From assembly GCA_963843975.1 (NCBI GenBank), contig CAWJMG010000003.1, positions 1,770,001-1,802,000 on the forward strand: DNA of 32,000 nucleotides, written 5' to 3'. The notes beneath the pieces are model-generated. The model saw nothing but the letters and a program-made list of their open reading frames with translations. It ran no database searches and was not told where the DNA came from. This DNA is from an uncultured Actinomycetes bacterium (GTDB lineage: Bacteria > Actinomycetota > Actinomycetes > S36-B12 > CAIYMF01). A program made the position numbers and the translations under genes. This document shows positions 7,323 through 15,223 of this stretch, piece by piece; position 1 is the stretch's first letter, and every line of letters starts with the position of its first letter.

Positions 7323-9880
7323 GTCGCTCCGATCAGGCCGAGGAAGACCGACTCGAGGTCGGCAGCGGAGTCGTCGGCGCCGTCCGCCGACACGACCTGG
7401 TCGAGCGGCCCGGCGGCGACCAGCTCGCCGCGGTGCAGGACGACGACGTGCGTGCAGGTGCGCTCGACCTCGGCGAGCAGGTGGCTCGAGACCACCACCG
7501 TGCGCCCGGTCTCGGCGTACGTGCGCAGCACCTCGCGGACCTCGCGGATCTGCGGCGGGTCGAGCCCGTTGGTCGGCTCGTCGAGCACGAGCAGCTCGGG
7601 CAGGCCGAGCATCGCCTGGGCGATCGCGATGCGGGCGCGCATGCCCTGGCTGTAGGTGCGCACCTTGCGATCGACGTCGGCGCCGAGACCCGCCACCTCG
7701 AGCACGGTGTCGAGGTATGCCTCCTCCGGTGGACGGCCCGTCACGCGCCAGAACAGCTCGAGGTTGGCGCGACCCGACAGGTGCGGCAGCAGGCCGGGCC
7801 CCTCGACGAACGCACCCAGCCGCGACAGCACCGGCGCACCGGGCGTGATGCGGTGGCCGAAGACGAGCAGCTCCCCCTCGGACGGCCGGATGAGCCCGAG
7901 CAGCATCCGCAGCACGGTCGTCTTGCCGGCACCGTTCGGGCCGAGCAGGCCGAGCACCTGGCCCTTCTCCACGCGGAAGCTCACGTCGGACACGGCGCGG
8001 AACCCGCCGGCGTACGACTTCCCGAGGTTGCGCACGACGAGCGGGACGTCCTCGAGCCCAGGCTCGACGTCCTGCGACACGTGGCGTCCGCGGCGTCCGA
8101 CCACGACCGCCACCGCGCCGAGGCCCAGCACGAGCAGACCGACCACAACCGCCGCGGCCACGAGCCCGCTGGTGTCCGACGGCAGCGGCGTGACCTGTAC
8201 GTCGGGGAGCGAGAGCGCCCGCGAGCCGGCCAGCTCGAGGTCGTAGGTGCGGGCCTCGGCCGGCATCGCGTACGCCTGATCGGTGGTCGTGAGCACCAGA
8301 CGCAGCGCGTGACCCGGCTGGATGTCACGCACCACGGCCGGCAGCACGACTCGCACGGTCCGGTCGCCGCCCTCCGCGAGGCGGACCGTGGTCACGAGCC
8401 GGTTGGGGAGCACGGCCTCGCTGCCCCCGGGGCCGACGTCGAGCAGCCGCGCGAAGAGAGTCACGTCGGGCGCGTCGGTGCGCACGTGCACGTCGACGGT
8501 CGCCGAGCCCACCAACGTGAAGGCCTCGGTGAACGCCTCGGTCTCGAAGACCGCAGACTGCCCCGGGATGTCGGGCAGCGCCCGCTGCGAGCCGCGCAGC
8601 AGCGTCGACACGACGGCACCGAGACCGGGAAGGCTCGACACCTGGGCAGGGTTCCCGCCCGCCGGAGCAACGACCGTCTGGACGTCGCCCGTCAGAGGCA
8701 CGTCGCGTCGAACCAGGTCGGTGCCGCCGATGCCCGGTGCCGAGTCGGCGGCGAGCACCTGCGGGTCGGCCCCGGTCCGCGCGCCGAACAGCGACGCCGC
8801 CTGCCCCGTCGCCTCGAAGCGGGTGTCGGCGGGTGTGCCGTCGTCGCGCAGGTAGCGGTCGAACCAGGCGAGGGTGAGCGCGTCGAGCCGCTCGTCCTCC
8901 TGGTCGCCGCCGTCGTGGCCGCCGGCGAACCACACGAGCTTCACCGGGGTGCCGTCCGCGGCGATACCGCGAGCGTTGGCGTCGCCCTCCGACAGCGGGA
9001 ACAGCGAGTCGGCCTGCCCCTGCAGCAGCAGCGTCGGAGCCTCGATCCGATCGAGCACCGACGCCGGGCTCGAGGCAGCGAGGAGGTCCAGGATCTCCGG
9101 CGTCGGCACGCCGGTCGCTGCGCTCGCGCCGTACGCCTCGCAGACGTCGTCGGCGAACCGGCCGCAGATCGTCGGAGCGTCCGCCGAGGCCGAGCCGCTG
9201 CCGAAGAACACCCCTGCCCACAGCCTCTTGAACACGCCGGGGTCCGGGACGGGGTCGAACGCCGCGGCCGTGTGGGGGTCGCCGGCCGTGGCGAACTGCG
9301 GGAACAGGGAGGCCGCGAGGTCGTTCCAGGTGATCCGCGGCGCGATCGCATCGACCCGCTGGTCGTAGCCCGCGGCGAGCAGTGCGATGGCCCCGCCGTA
9401 GGAACCGCCGGCGATGCCCACCCGCGGGTCGCCGTCGGCGTCGAGCAGGACGTCGTCGCGCGCGGCGAGCAGGTCGACCAGCGCGCTCGCATCGGCCACC
9501 TCGTACGCCGGCGCGTTCAGGTGGATGCGCCCGCCGGACTCGCCGAAGCCGCGCGCGGTCCACGTGAGGACGACGTACCCCTCGGCCGCGAGGCGCCGCG
9601 CCTGGGCGACGAGGTCCTGACGCTTGCCGCCGAATCCGTGAGCGAGCAGCACGGCCGGAGCCGGTGCCTCGATGCCGTCCGCCGTGTAGACCGCCGCGTC
9701 GAGCTCGACCGGCGTGCCGTCGGGCTCCGCGCCCACCGGCACGCGGAACGCCTCCTCGCGTACCGTCGGGCCGGCGGTCAGGGCCGGGACGACCCAGAGG
9801 AGCGCAGCAGCGAGGAGGGCGACGACGCCGAGCACCACCGCAGCAGAGCGTGCGCGCGACGACCGCACCCAGCCGATCAC
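7319..9880 (-). CDS. Fusion protein: N-terminal signal-anchor, CocE/NonD (S15 X-Pro dipeptidyl-peptidase-like) alpha/beta serine hydrolase, TM helix, then a C-terminal ABC transporter ATP-binding domain
   Basis: Hydrolase motifs: 'LLAHGFGG' (oxyanion HG) and 'GIAGGSYGG' (GxSxG nucleophile elbow). A second TM follows ('LVAAAVVVGLLVLGLGAVAVVVG'). ABC motifs: Walker A 'GPNGAGKT', signature 'YSQGMRARIAIA', Walker B 'LLVLDEPTNGLD' and H-loop 'VVVSSHLL'. I place the start at GTG 9880 ('VIGWVRSSRARSAAVVLG...'), preceded by a GAGGGGG Shine-Dalgarno. The 83 upstream codons of the listed ORF look non-coding. Confidence 0.85.
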   Translation of the reverse strand: MIGWVRSSRARSAAVVLGVVALLAAALLWVVPALTAGPTVREEAFRVPVGAEPDGTPVELDAAVYTADGIEAPAPAVLLAHGFGGKRQDLVAQARRLAAEGYVVLTWTARGFGESGGRIHLNAPAYEVADASALVDLLAARDDVLLDADGDPRVGIAGGSYGGAIALLAAGYDQRVDAIAPRITWNDLAASLFPQFATAGDPHTAAAFDPVPDPGVFKRLWAGVFFGSGSASADAPTICGRFADDVCEAYGASAATGVPTPEILDLLAASSPASVLDRIEAPTLLLQGQADSLFPLSEGDANARGIAADGTPVKLVWFAGGHDGGDQEDERLDALTLAWFDRYLRDDGTPADTRFEATGQAASLFGARTGADPQVLAADSAPGIGGTDLVRRDVPLTGDVQTVVAPAGGNPAQVSSLPGLGAVVSTLLRGSQRALPDIPGQSAVFETEAFTEAFTLVGSATVDVHVRTDAPDVTLFARLLDVGPGGSEAVLPNRLVTTVRLAEGGDRTVRVVLPAVVRDIQPGHALRLVLTTTDQAYAMPAEARTYDLELAGSRALSLPDVQVTPLPSDTSGLVAAAVVVGLLVLGLGAVAVVVGRRGRHVSQDVEPGLEDVPLVVRNLGKSYAGGFRAVSDVSFRVEKGQVLGLLGPNGAGKTTVLRMLLGLIRPSEGELLVFGHRITPGAPVLSRLGAFVEGPGLLPHLSGRANLELFWRVTGRPPEEAYLDTVLEVAGLGADVDRKVRTYSQGMRARIAIAQAMLGLPELLVLDEPTNGLDPPQIREVREVLRTYAETGRTVVVSSHLLAEVERTCTHVVVLHRGELVAAGPLDQVVSADGADDSAADLESVFLGLIGAT

Positions 9881-10021
9881 GCCTCGCCCCCTCGCCTGGT
9901 CCCCACCCGGACATCGAACGGCATCCGCGCCTCCGCGGCATCCCAAGGCCGGCACAGGTCCGACGAACGACGCCGGCGGAACGTCTCCGGCGCGACGCGG
10001 CACCCGCCCTAGGCTGGCCGC

Positions 10022-10408
10022 ATGCCCGCCTCGCCGCCGCCGTCGAGCGTCCGCGCCGACGCGTGGACGTGGGCGATTCGCATCTACCCGACACGGTCGG
10101 CAGCGAGCACCGCGTGCAAGGCCGGGCACGTGAAGGTGAACGACGCCCCAGCCAAGCCGGCGACCCCAGTCCGCGTCGGCGACACCGTCCGTGCCTACAC
10201 CCCGGGTGGCGAGCGCATCGTCGTCGTCACCGGCCTGATCGAGAAGCGCACGAGCGCGACGCTCGCCGCCCTCAACTACGACGACAGGACGCCGCCCCCT
10301 CCCCCGAAGGAGGAGAGGGCGGCGCCGATCGTGCGCGAGCGGGGGTCGGGTCGGCCCACCAAGAAGGAGCGCCGCATCACCGAGCGGCTGCGCGGACGCA
10401 GCAGCTGA
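10022..10408 (+). CDS. RNA-binding S4 domain protein (Hsp15-like)
   Basis: 'VRADAWTWAIRIYPTRSAASTACKAGHVKVNDAPAKPATPVRVGDTV' matches the S4/Hsp15 alpha-L motif, and the C-terminal tail is basic. Confidence 0.8.
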   Translation: MPASPPPSSVRADAWTWAIRIYPTRSAASTACKAGHVKVNDAPAKPATPVRVGDTVRAYTPGGERIVVVTGLIEKRTSATLAALNYDDRTPPPPPKEERAAPIVRERGSGRPTKKERRITERLRGRSS

Positions 10409-10411
10409 CGA

Positions 10412-11593
10412 TCAGGCAGCGGCACCCGACGTGACGTCGGGGAGCACCGCCGAGACGACCTTGCGCGGCACCGACGTCACGGTGGCGACGCCCTCGGACG
10501 CCTTGCGCAGCAGGTTGTTCGGCAGCGAGAGGCGCACGACCTTCTTCCACGCCGAGGCGACCTGCTTGACCATCGGGCCGCTGGTGTAGGTGAGGCCGTA
10601 GCGCTCGAAGAGCTCCCGCACCTTGGGCGAGATCTCCTGGTAGCGGTTGCTCGGGAGGTCCGGGAACAGGTGGTGCTCGATCTGGAACGACAGGTTGCCG
10701 CTCATGATGTGCAGCAGCTTGCCGCCGGAGATGTTCGCCGAGCCGAGCATCTGGCGCAGGTACCACTCGCCGCGGGTCTCGCCCTCGATCGAGGTCCGCG
10801 AGAACGTCTCGACGCCCTCGGGGAAGTGGCCGCACATGATGACCGAGTGCGTCCACACGTTGCGCACGAAGTTGGCGGTCGCGTTGGCCGCGAGGGTCGG
10901 GACGAACGACGGCCCGGACAGCAGCGGGTGCACGACGTAGTCGCGGGTGGCCTGGGTGCGGATCTTCGCGAGCACCACGCGGGCCTCAGCCCAGAACTGG
11001 TCCTTGTCCTTGCGGCCGGCGATGTACTTGCCGACCTCGAGGTCGTACGCCGCGATGCCGTACTGGAAGAAGCACATGTTGACGAAGTTCCACACAGGCT
11101 GGGCGATGTAGCCCGGCTTCCATCGCTGGTCCTCGTCGACGCGCATGATCCCGTAGCCGAGGTCGTTGTCGCGGCCGAGCACGTTCGTGTACGTGTGGTG
11201 CAGCTCGTTGTGCGAGTGCTTCCACATCGTCGCCGGGGTGGCGTTGTCCCACTCCCACGTCGTCGAGTGGATCTTCGGGTCGCGCATCCAGTCCCACTGG
11301 CCGTGCAGGACGTTGTGCCCGATCTCCATGTTCTCGAGGATCTTCGCGATCGACAGCGCCGTCGTGCCGGCGAGCCACGCGGGCGGGAAGAGCGAGAACA
11401 GCAGCACGCCGCGCCCGCCCATCTCGAGGGCCCGCTGCACGTCGATGACCCGACGGATGTACGCCGCGTCGCGCTCGCCGCGGCTCGCGATGGTCTGCTC
11501 GCGGATCGCGTCGAGCTCGGCGCCGAGCTCCGCGATGTCCTCGTCGGTGAGGTGCGCGATGGGGCTCTGCGCCTTGTTCTGGATCGTGGTCAT
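10412..11593 (-). CDS. Membrane-bound acyl-CoA/acyl-lipid fatty acid desaturase (DesA3-like)
   Basis: Three histidine boxes are present: 'HNVLH', 'HSHNELHH' and 'QIEHHLFP'. Start at ATG 11593 ('MTTIQNKAQ'), 13 nt after the reductase stop, with an AAGGG upstream. Confidence 0.9.
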   Translation of the reverse strand: MTTIQNKAQSPIAHLTDEDIAELGAELDAIREQTIASRGERDAAYIRRVIDVQRALEMGGRGVLLFSLFPPAWLAGTTALSIAKILENMEIGHNVLHGQWDWMRDPKIHSTTWEWDNATPATMWKHSHNELHHTYTNVLGRDNDLGYGIMRVDEDQRWKPGYIAQPVWNFVNMCFFQYGIAAYDLEVGKYIAGRKDKDQFWAEARVVLAKIRTQATRDYVVHPLLSGPSFVPTLAANATANFVRNVWTHSVIMCGHFPEGVETFSRTSIEGETRGEWYLRQMLGSANISGGKLLHIMSGNLSFQIEHHLFPDLPSNRYQEISPKVRELFERYGLTYTSGPMVKQVASAWKKVVRLSLPNNLLRKASEGVATVTSVPRKVVSAVLPDVTSGAAA

Positions 11594-11606
11594 GTGGTCG
11601 GCCCTT

Positions 11607-12713
11607 CTAGAGGTCGATGTCGCAGGCGCCGGCAGCAGCCGACACGCAGGTCTGGATGAGCACGCCGTCACCGGGTGCTGCAGTGGTCAGGGCGCCGTCG
11701 CGCAGGTCGCGCACCACGCCCTCGCGCAGGGGGACGACGCAGCCGAAGCAGATGCCCATGCGGCATCCCGACGGCATGAGCACGCCGGACGCCTCGCCGG
11801 CGTCGAGGATCGAGGTCGACGTCGAGGCCTCGACGACGGCGCCGCTGCGGCTGAACGTCACCGCGCTCGATCCCGACTCGGTCGGCACGGCGACGACGGG
11901 ACGGAACCGCTCGGTGCGCAGCCGCTCGGAGATGCCGCGGGTCGCGAAGTGGGACTCGAGCGCGTCGAGCATGTCCCCCGGGCCGCAGGCCCAGGTGCGA
12001 CGAGCAGCGAGGTCGGGGACGAGGCGCTCGAGCTCGGCGGCGTCGATGCGTCCGTCGACCGACGTGTGCCTCTCGACCAGCGTGATCTCGCCGCGGGCCG
12101 CCATCGCGCGCAGCTCGCCGCCGAAGACCGCGTCGGCGGCCGTTGGTGCCGAGTGCACGACCACGACGTCGGAGAAGCGGTTCGAACGGAGCATCCCCAT
12201 CACCGGGGTGACGCCGGAGCCCGCAGCGACGAGCAGCACCTTGGTCGGTCGCACGGCGGGCAGCGTGAACTCGCCCATCGCCTGGTCGAGCTGCACGACG
12301 GTGCCGACGCGGGCACGACGTACGAGGTAGCCGCTGACGACGCCGCCGTCCACGGCCTTCACCGTGATCGCGATGCAGCCGTCGGTACGGCGCGAGTCCG
12401 AGCTGATGGAGTACGTGCGCCACTGGCGCACGCCGTCGACGTCGACGCCGATGCGCACGTACTGGCCGGGCACATGGCCGGCCCAGTCGCGGCCGGGCCG
12501 GATGACGACGCTGACGGCGTCACGGGTCTCGGGGTGCAGGCCGACGATGCGGCCGCGCAGCGCCGTGCCCGCACGCAGCGGGACGACGCGGTCGAGGTAG
12601 TCGGACGGCACCAGCGGCGTGGTGACCAGCCCGGCCAGCCCGGCGATCCGCTCGCGGATACCCCGGGTCCGCGGGGCTGCGAGCGGTGACGTGCTCTCGA
12701 GAGGAAGTGCCAT
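11607..12713 (-). CDS. Ferredoxin reductase-type oxidoreductase (FAD/NAD-binding plus C-terminal 2Fe-2S ferredoxin domain), electron donor for the downstream desaturase
   Basis: 'RTYSIS' (RxYS FAD motif), 'VAAGSGVTP' (NAD-binding) and the C-terminal Cys cluster 'SGCRMGICFGCV ... IQTCVS'. The same pairing is known for the mycobacterial DesA3/Rv3230c-type system. Start at ATG 12713 ('MALPLEST'); ATG 12755 is an alternative. The rest of the listed 532-aa ORF is upstream read-through. Confidence 0.88.
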   Translation of the reverse strand: MALPLESTSPLAAPRTRGIRERIAGLAGLVTTPLVPSDYLDRVVPLRAGTALRGRIVGLHPETRDAVSVVIRPGRDWAGHVPGQYVRIGVDVDGVRQWRTYSISSDSRRTDGCIAITVKAVDGGVVSGYLVRRARVGTVVQLDQAMGEFTLPAVRPTKVLLVAAGSGVTPVMGMLRSNRFSDVVVVHSAPTAADAVFGGELRAMAARGEITLVERHTSVDGRIDAAELERLVPDLAARRTWACGPGDMLDALESHFATRGISERLRTERFRPVVAVPTESGSSAVTFSRSGAVVEASTSTSILDAGEASGVLMPSGCRMGICFGCVVPLREGVVRDLRDGALTTAAPGDGVLIQTCVSAAAGACDIDL

Positions 12714-12714
12714 G

Positions 12715-12741
12715 AGACCAGGGTGATTCACCCGATGGTCT
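12715..12741. promoter_or_regulatory. Long interrupted palindrome AGACCA-GGGTGA-T-TCACCC-(GA)-TGGTCT in the divergent reductase/PucR intergenic region; candidate operator
   Basis: Read directly from the sequence. The inner 13 bp (12721-12733) form a perfect palindrome. The outer hexamers 12715-12720 and 12736-12741 are exact reverse complements, offset by a 2-nt bulge. The element starts 2 nt upstream of the reductase start codon. Confidence 0.4.
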
Positions 12742-12798
12742 AAACTCTTGTCCATCCGGCGTGAAACCAGGCCGCTTCTTTGTTCGGTGAGGACAAAC

Positions 12799-14013
12799 AT
12801 GGACAGCCCCACCGCGCGCGCGACGTCCGAGCACCTCGCACTCGAGCCGGCGGTCGCGGCGACGCTGCGCGACCTGCTGCCCGAGGTCGCGGCCGCCACC
12901 GTGGCCGCCGTGACCGCCGAGGTGCCGTCGTACGCCGGCGCCTTCACCGGCGACCTGGGCGCCACCATCACCGGCGCCGTCCAGATCGCGCTCGGCGGAT
13001 TCTTGAAGCTGGCCACCCGGTCCGCCGGGTCCGACGCTGGCACCCCGCTCGCACCTGCGCTCGAGGCGGCGTACGACCTCGGCCGGGGCGAGGCGCGCAG
13101 CGGACGCTCGATGGACGCGCTGCAGGCGGCGTACCGCATCGGCGCCCGCGTCTCCTGGCGCGAGATGTCGTCGGCGGCAGCGGCGGCCGGCATGCCGGCC
13201 GACACGATGGCGCGCTTCGCCGAGCTGGTGTTCGCCTACATCGACGAGCTGTCGGCGTCGAGCGTCGCGGGCCACACCGACGAGCTCGCCACGACCGGAC
13301 GCGTGCGCGAGCGCTACCTCGAGCGCCTCGCCCAGCTGCTCCTCGCCGGCGCCGACGAGGCGGCGCTCACGTCCGCCGCGTCCCGCGCCGGGTGGCAGCC
13401 ACCTCGCACCCTGACCGCCGTCGTGCTGCCCGGCGGTCAGGTGCACGCACTCCTCTCCGCGCTCCCGGCGGGAACGGTGCTCGCGCGCCAGGACCTTCCT
13501 GGCGTCAGCGACGACGACGACCTCGTCCTGCTGCTGGTGCCCGACCTGGGCGGCACGCGCCGACCGCGGCTGCTCCGTGCCCTGTCCGGACGCGACGCCG
13601 TCGTCGGCCCCGCGCGACCGTGGGCGGACGTCGCGTCGTCGTACGACCGGGTACGCCGGACCCGCGAGCTGGGCACCGTGCGCGGTGTCGTCGACACCGA
13701 CGAGCGGCTCGCCGAGATCGTGCTGGGCGCCGACGCGGAGGCTCTGGCCGATCTCCGCGTGCGGGTCCTCGCCCCGCTCGACGGCGTGCGCGCGTCCTCG
13801 CGCGAACGGCTCGCCGAGACCCTGCGGTCGTGGCTCCTCCACCAGGGCCGGCGCGAGGAGGTGGCCGCCGACCTCTTCGTGCACGCGCAGACCGTCCGCT
13901 ACCGGATGGGCCAGGTGCGCGAGCTGTTCGGCGACGCGCTCGACGACCCGCGCACGGTGCTCGAGCTCACGCTCGCGCTGGGGCTCGACCGTCCTGCGGC
14001 CCCAGCGGGCTGA
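12799..14013 (+). CDS. PucR-family transcriptional regulator
   Basis: C-terminal PucR-type HTH: 'LAETLRSWLLHQGRREEVAADLFVHAQTVRYRMGQVRELFGDAL'. Start at ATG 12799 ('MDSPTARAT') with GGTGAGGA upstream. Confidence 0.85.
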   Translation: MDSPTARATSEHLALEPAVAATLRDLLPEVAAATVAAVTAEVPSYAGAFTGDLGATITGAVQIALGGFLKLATRSAGSDAGTPLAPALEAAYDLGRGEARSGRSMDALQAAYRIGARVSWREMSSAAAAAGMPADTMARFAELVFAYIDELSASSVAGHTDELATTGRVRERYLERLAQLLLAGADEAALTSAASRAGWQPPRTLTAVVLPGGQVHALLSALPAGTVLARQDLPGVSDDDDLVLLLVPDLGGTRRPRLLRALSGRDAVVGPARPWADVASSYDRVRRTRELGTVRGVVDTDERLAEIVLGADAEALADLRVRVLAPLDGVRASSRERLAETLRSWLLHQGRREEVAADLFVHAQTVRYRMGQVRELFGDALDDPRTVLELTLALGLDRPAAPAG

Positions 14014-15031
14014 TCCGTCCGGCCACCACGTCGGCGAACAGCCGCTCGTAGTCCGCCACCATGCGATCGGCCGAGAACCGTTCCGCCGCATCGGCTCTGC
14101 ACACGGCACGGTCGAGGGTGCCGCACTGCCGCACCGCCGCGACCGCGCCGAGGACCGAGCCGACCAGGAAACCGGTGACTCCGTTGCGGATGATCTCGGG
14201 CATCGAGCCGCGCGCGTAGGCGACGACCGGGGTGCCGGCGGCCAGCGACTCCGCGACCGACAGCCCGAATGGCTCGTCGAACGAGATGAGGTGCAGCAGC
14301 GCCACGGCCCCGCCGAGCAGCCGGTCGCGGTCCGCCGGGCCCACGGGGCCGACGTAGGACACGTCGATGCCGTCGACGCTCGGCAGCACCTGGGTGCGGA
14401 AGTAGTGCTCGTCGTGGACGACGCCCGCGATCACGAGCCGCAGCCCCGCCCGGCGGGCCACCTCGATCGCGAGATGCGTGCCCTTGTCGGGATGGATGCG
14501 TCCGAGGAACAGCAGGTAGCCGCCGTCCCCCGAGCCGAACGTGAACGACTCGACGTCGATGCCGTGGTGGATCGTCGCGGCGTAGTGAAGATCGGTGTGC
14601 CGGTCGGAGTCGCTGATCGACACGTAGTGGCCGATGTCGTCGTACGTCCGGTAGACGGGCACGATCCGCTCGGACGAGAAGCCGTGGATGGTCGTCACCA
14701 CCGGAGTGCGCACGAGCCGGCTGAAGGCCAGCGGCAGGAAGTCGAACTGGTTGCTGATCACGTCGAACTCGTCGGCCCGCTCGAAGGCAGAGGCGATGTG
14801 CAGCGCCTCGTAGACCTTCGCGTCGACCGAGTCATCCTCCTCGTACCCGGCCGGCGCCTCGGCGTGCAGCCGAGCGCCTGTGACCGAGTCGGCGGTGGCG
14901 AAGAGGGTCACGTCGTGACCACGCGCGACCAGGCCCTCGGTGAGCGTCGACGCGACCTGCTCCCACGGTCCGTACGACCGCGGCGGCACCGAGTGAGCGA
15001 TGGACGCGATTAGGGCGATCCTCACCTTCAC
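13967..15031 (-). CDS. Glycosyltransferase family 4 (GT-B, 'group 1')
   Basis: N-terminal 'VRIALIAS...PPRSYGPWEQV' and the C-terminal EX7E region 'SFDEPFGLSVAESLAAGTPVVAYARGSMPEII'. Start at GTG 15031 or GTG 15025 (GGAGG upstream). The 3' end overlaps the convergent PucR gene by 47 nt. Confidence 0.85.
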   Translation of the reverse strand: MKVRIALIASIAHSVPPRSYGPWEQVASTLTEGLVARGHDVTLFATADSVTGARLHAEAPAGYEEDDSVDAKVYEALHIASAFERADEFDVISNQFDFLPLAFSRLVRTPVVTTIHGFSSERIVPVYRTYDDIGHYVSISDSDRHTDLHYAATIHHGIDVESFTFGSGDGGYLLFLGRIHPDKGTHLAIEVARRAGLRLVIAGVVHDEHYFRTQVLPSVDGIDVSYVGPVGPADRDRLLGGAVALLHLISFDEPFGLSVAESLAAGTPVVAYARGSMPEIIRNGVTGFLVGSVLGAVAAVRQCGTLDRAVCRADAAERFSADRMVADYERLFADVVAGRISPLGPQDGRAPARA

Positions 15032-15223
15032 CTCCGGTTTGACCTGAATCTACAAGGGAAATCGAGCACCTGGATCGGTGCTACTGTGCAGGGGTAGGGC
15101 TGCAGCGATGATGCCGTGGCCTGCGGCGCGACCGCTTGGTCGAGCGCCCCTGGGATGTCGATCCTCCCTCCGTGAACGGCAGCACATCGGCTGCACAGAT
15201 AGACATCGCGAAAGCAGACGGCC

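Noticed and set aside
4909-7655. Very long ORFs in the track (4909..7230 minus, 773 aa; 4962..7655 plus, 897 aa) overlapping the FAD oxidoreductase and ABC-2 permease genes
   Set aside because: Their translations are Arg/Pro/Ala/Gly/His-rich low-complexity strings with no motifs. This is typical of out-of-frame or antisense reading of high-GC coding DNA. The overlapping ORFs in the chosen frames carry clear FAD-binding and permease features.
7433-10012. 859-aa plus-strand ORF and a 589-aa minus-strand ORF (8325..10094) overlapping the hydrolase-ABC fusion gene
   Set aside because: These are also GC-bias artefacts with Arg/Gly/Pro-rich translations. Only frame 7319..10129 (minus) shows Walker A/B, the ABC signature and GxSxG motifs.
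9881-10129. Listed start of the hydrolase-ABC ORF at 10129, which would overlap the S4 gene
   Set aside because: The first 83 codons are Arg/Gly-rich with no signal-peptide character and overlap the divergent S4 gene start. GTG 9880, with a GAGGGGG Shine-Dalgarno, gives a typical basic N-terminus plus TM anchor.
13967-14013. 47-nt convergent overlap of the PucR and GT4 coding ends as a possible antisense regulatory arrangement
   Set aside because: Both overlapping tails are Pro/Ala/Gly-rich extensions beyond the recognisable domains. Such 3' overlaps arise easily in high-GC genomes where stop codons are rare. Nothing else supports a regulatory role.
12520-14109. 529-aa minus-strand ORF and a 423-aa plus-strand ORF (12780..14051) over the PucR gene
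   Set aside because: Both have low-complexity Arg/Gly/Pro translations. The 12799..14013 frame has the PucR HTH and balanced composition.
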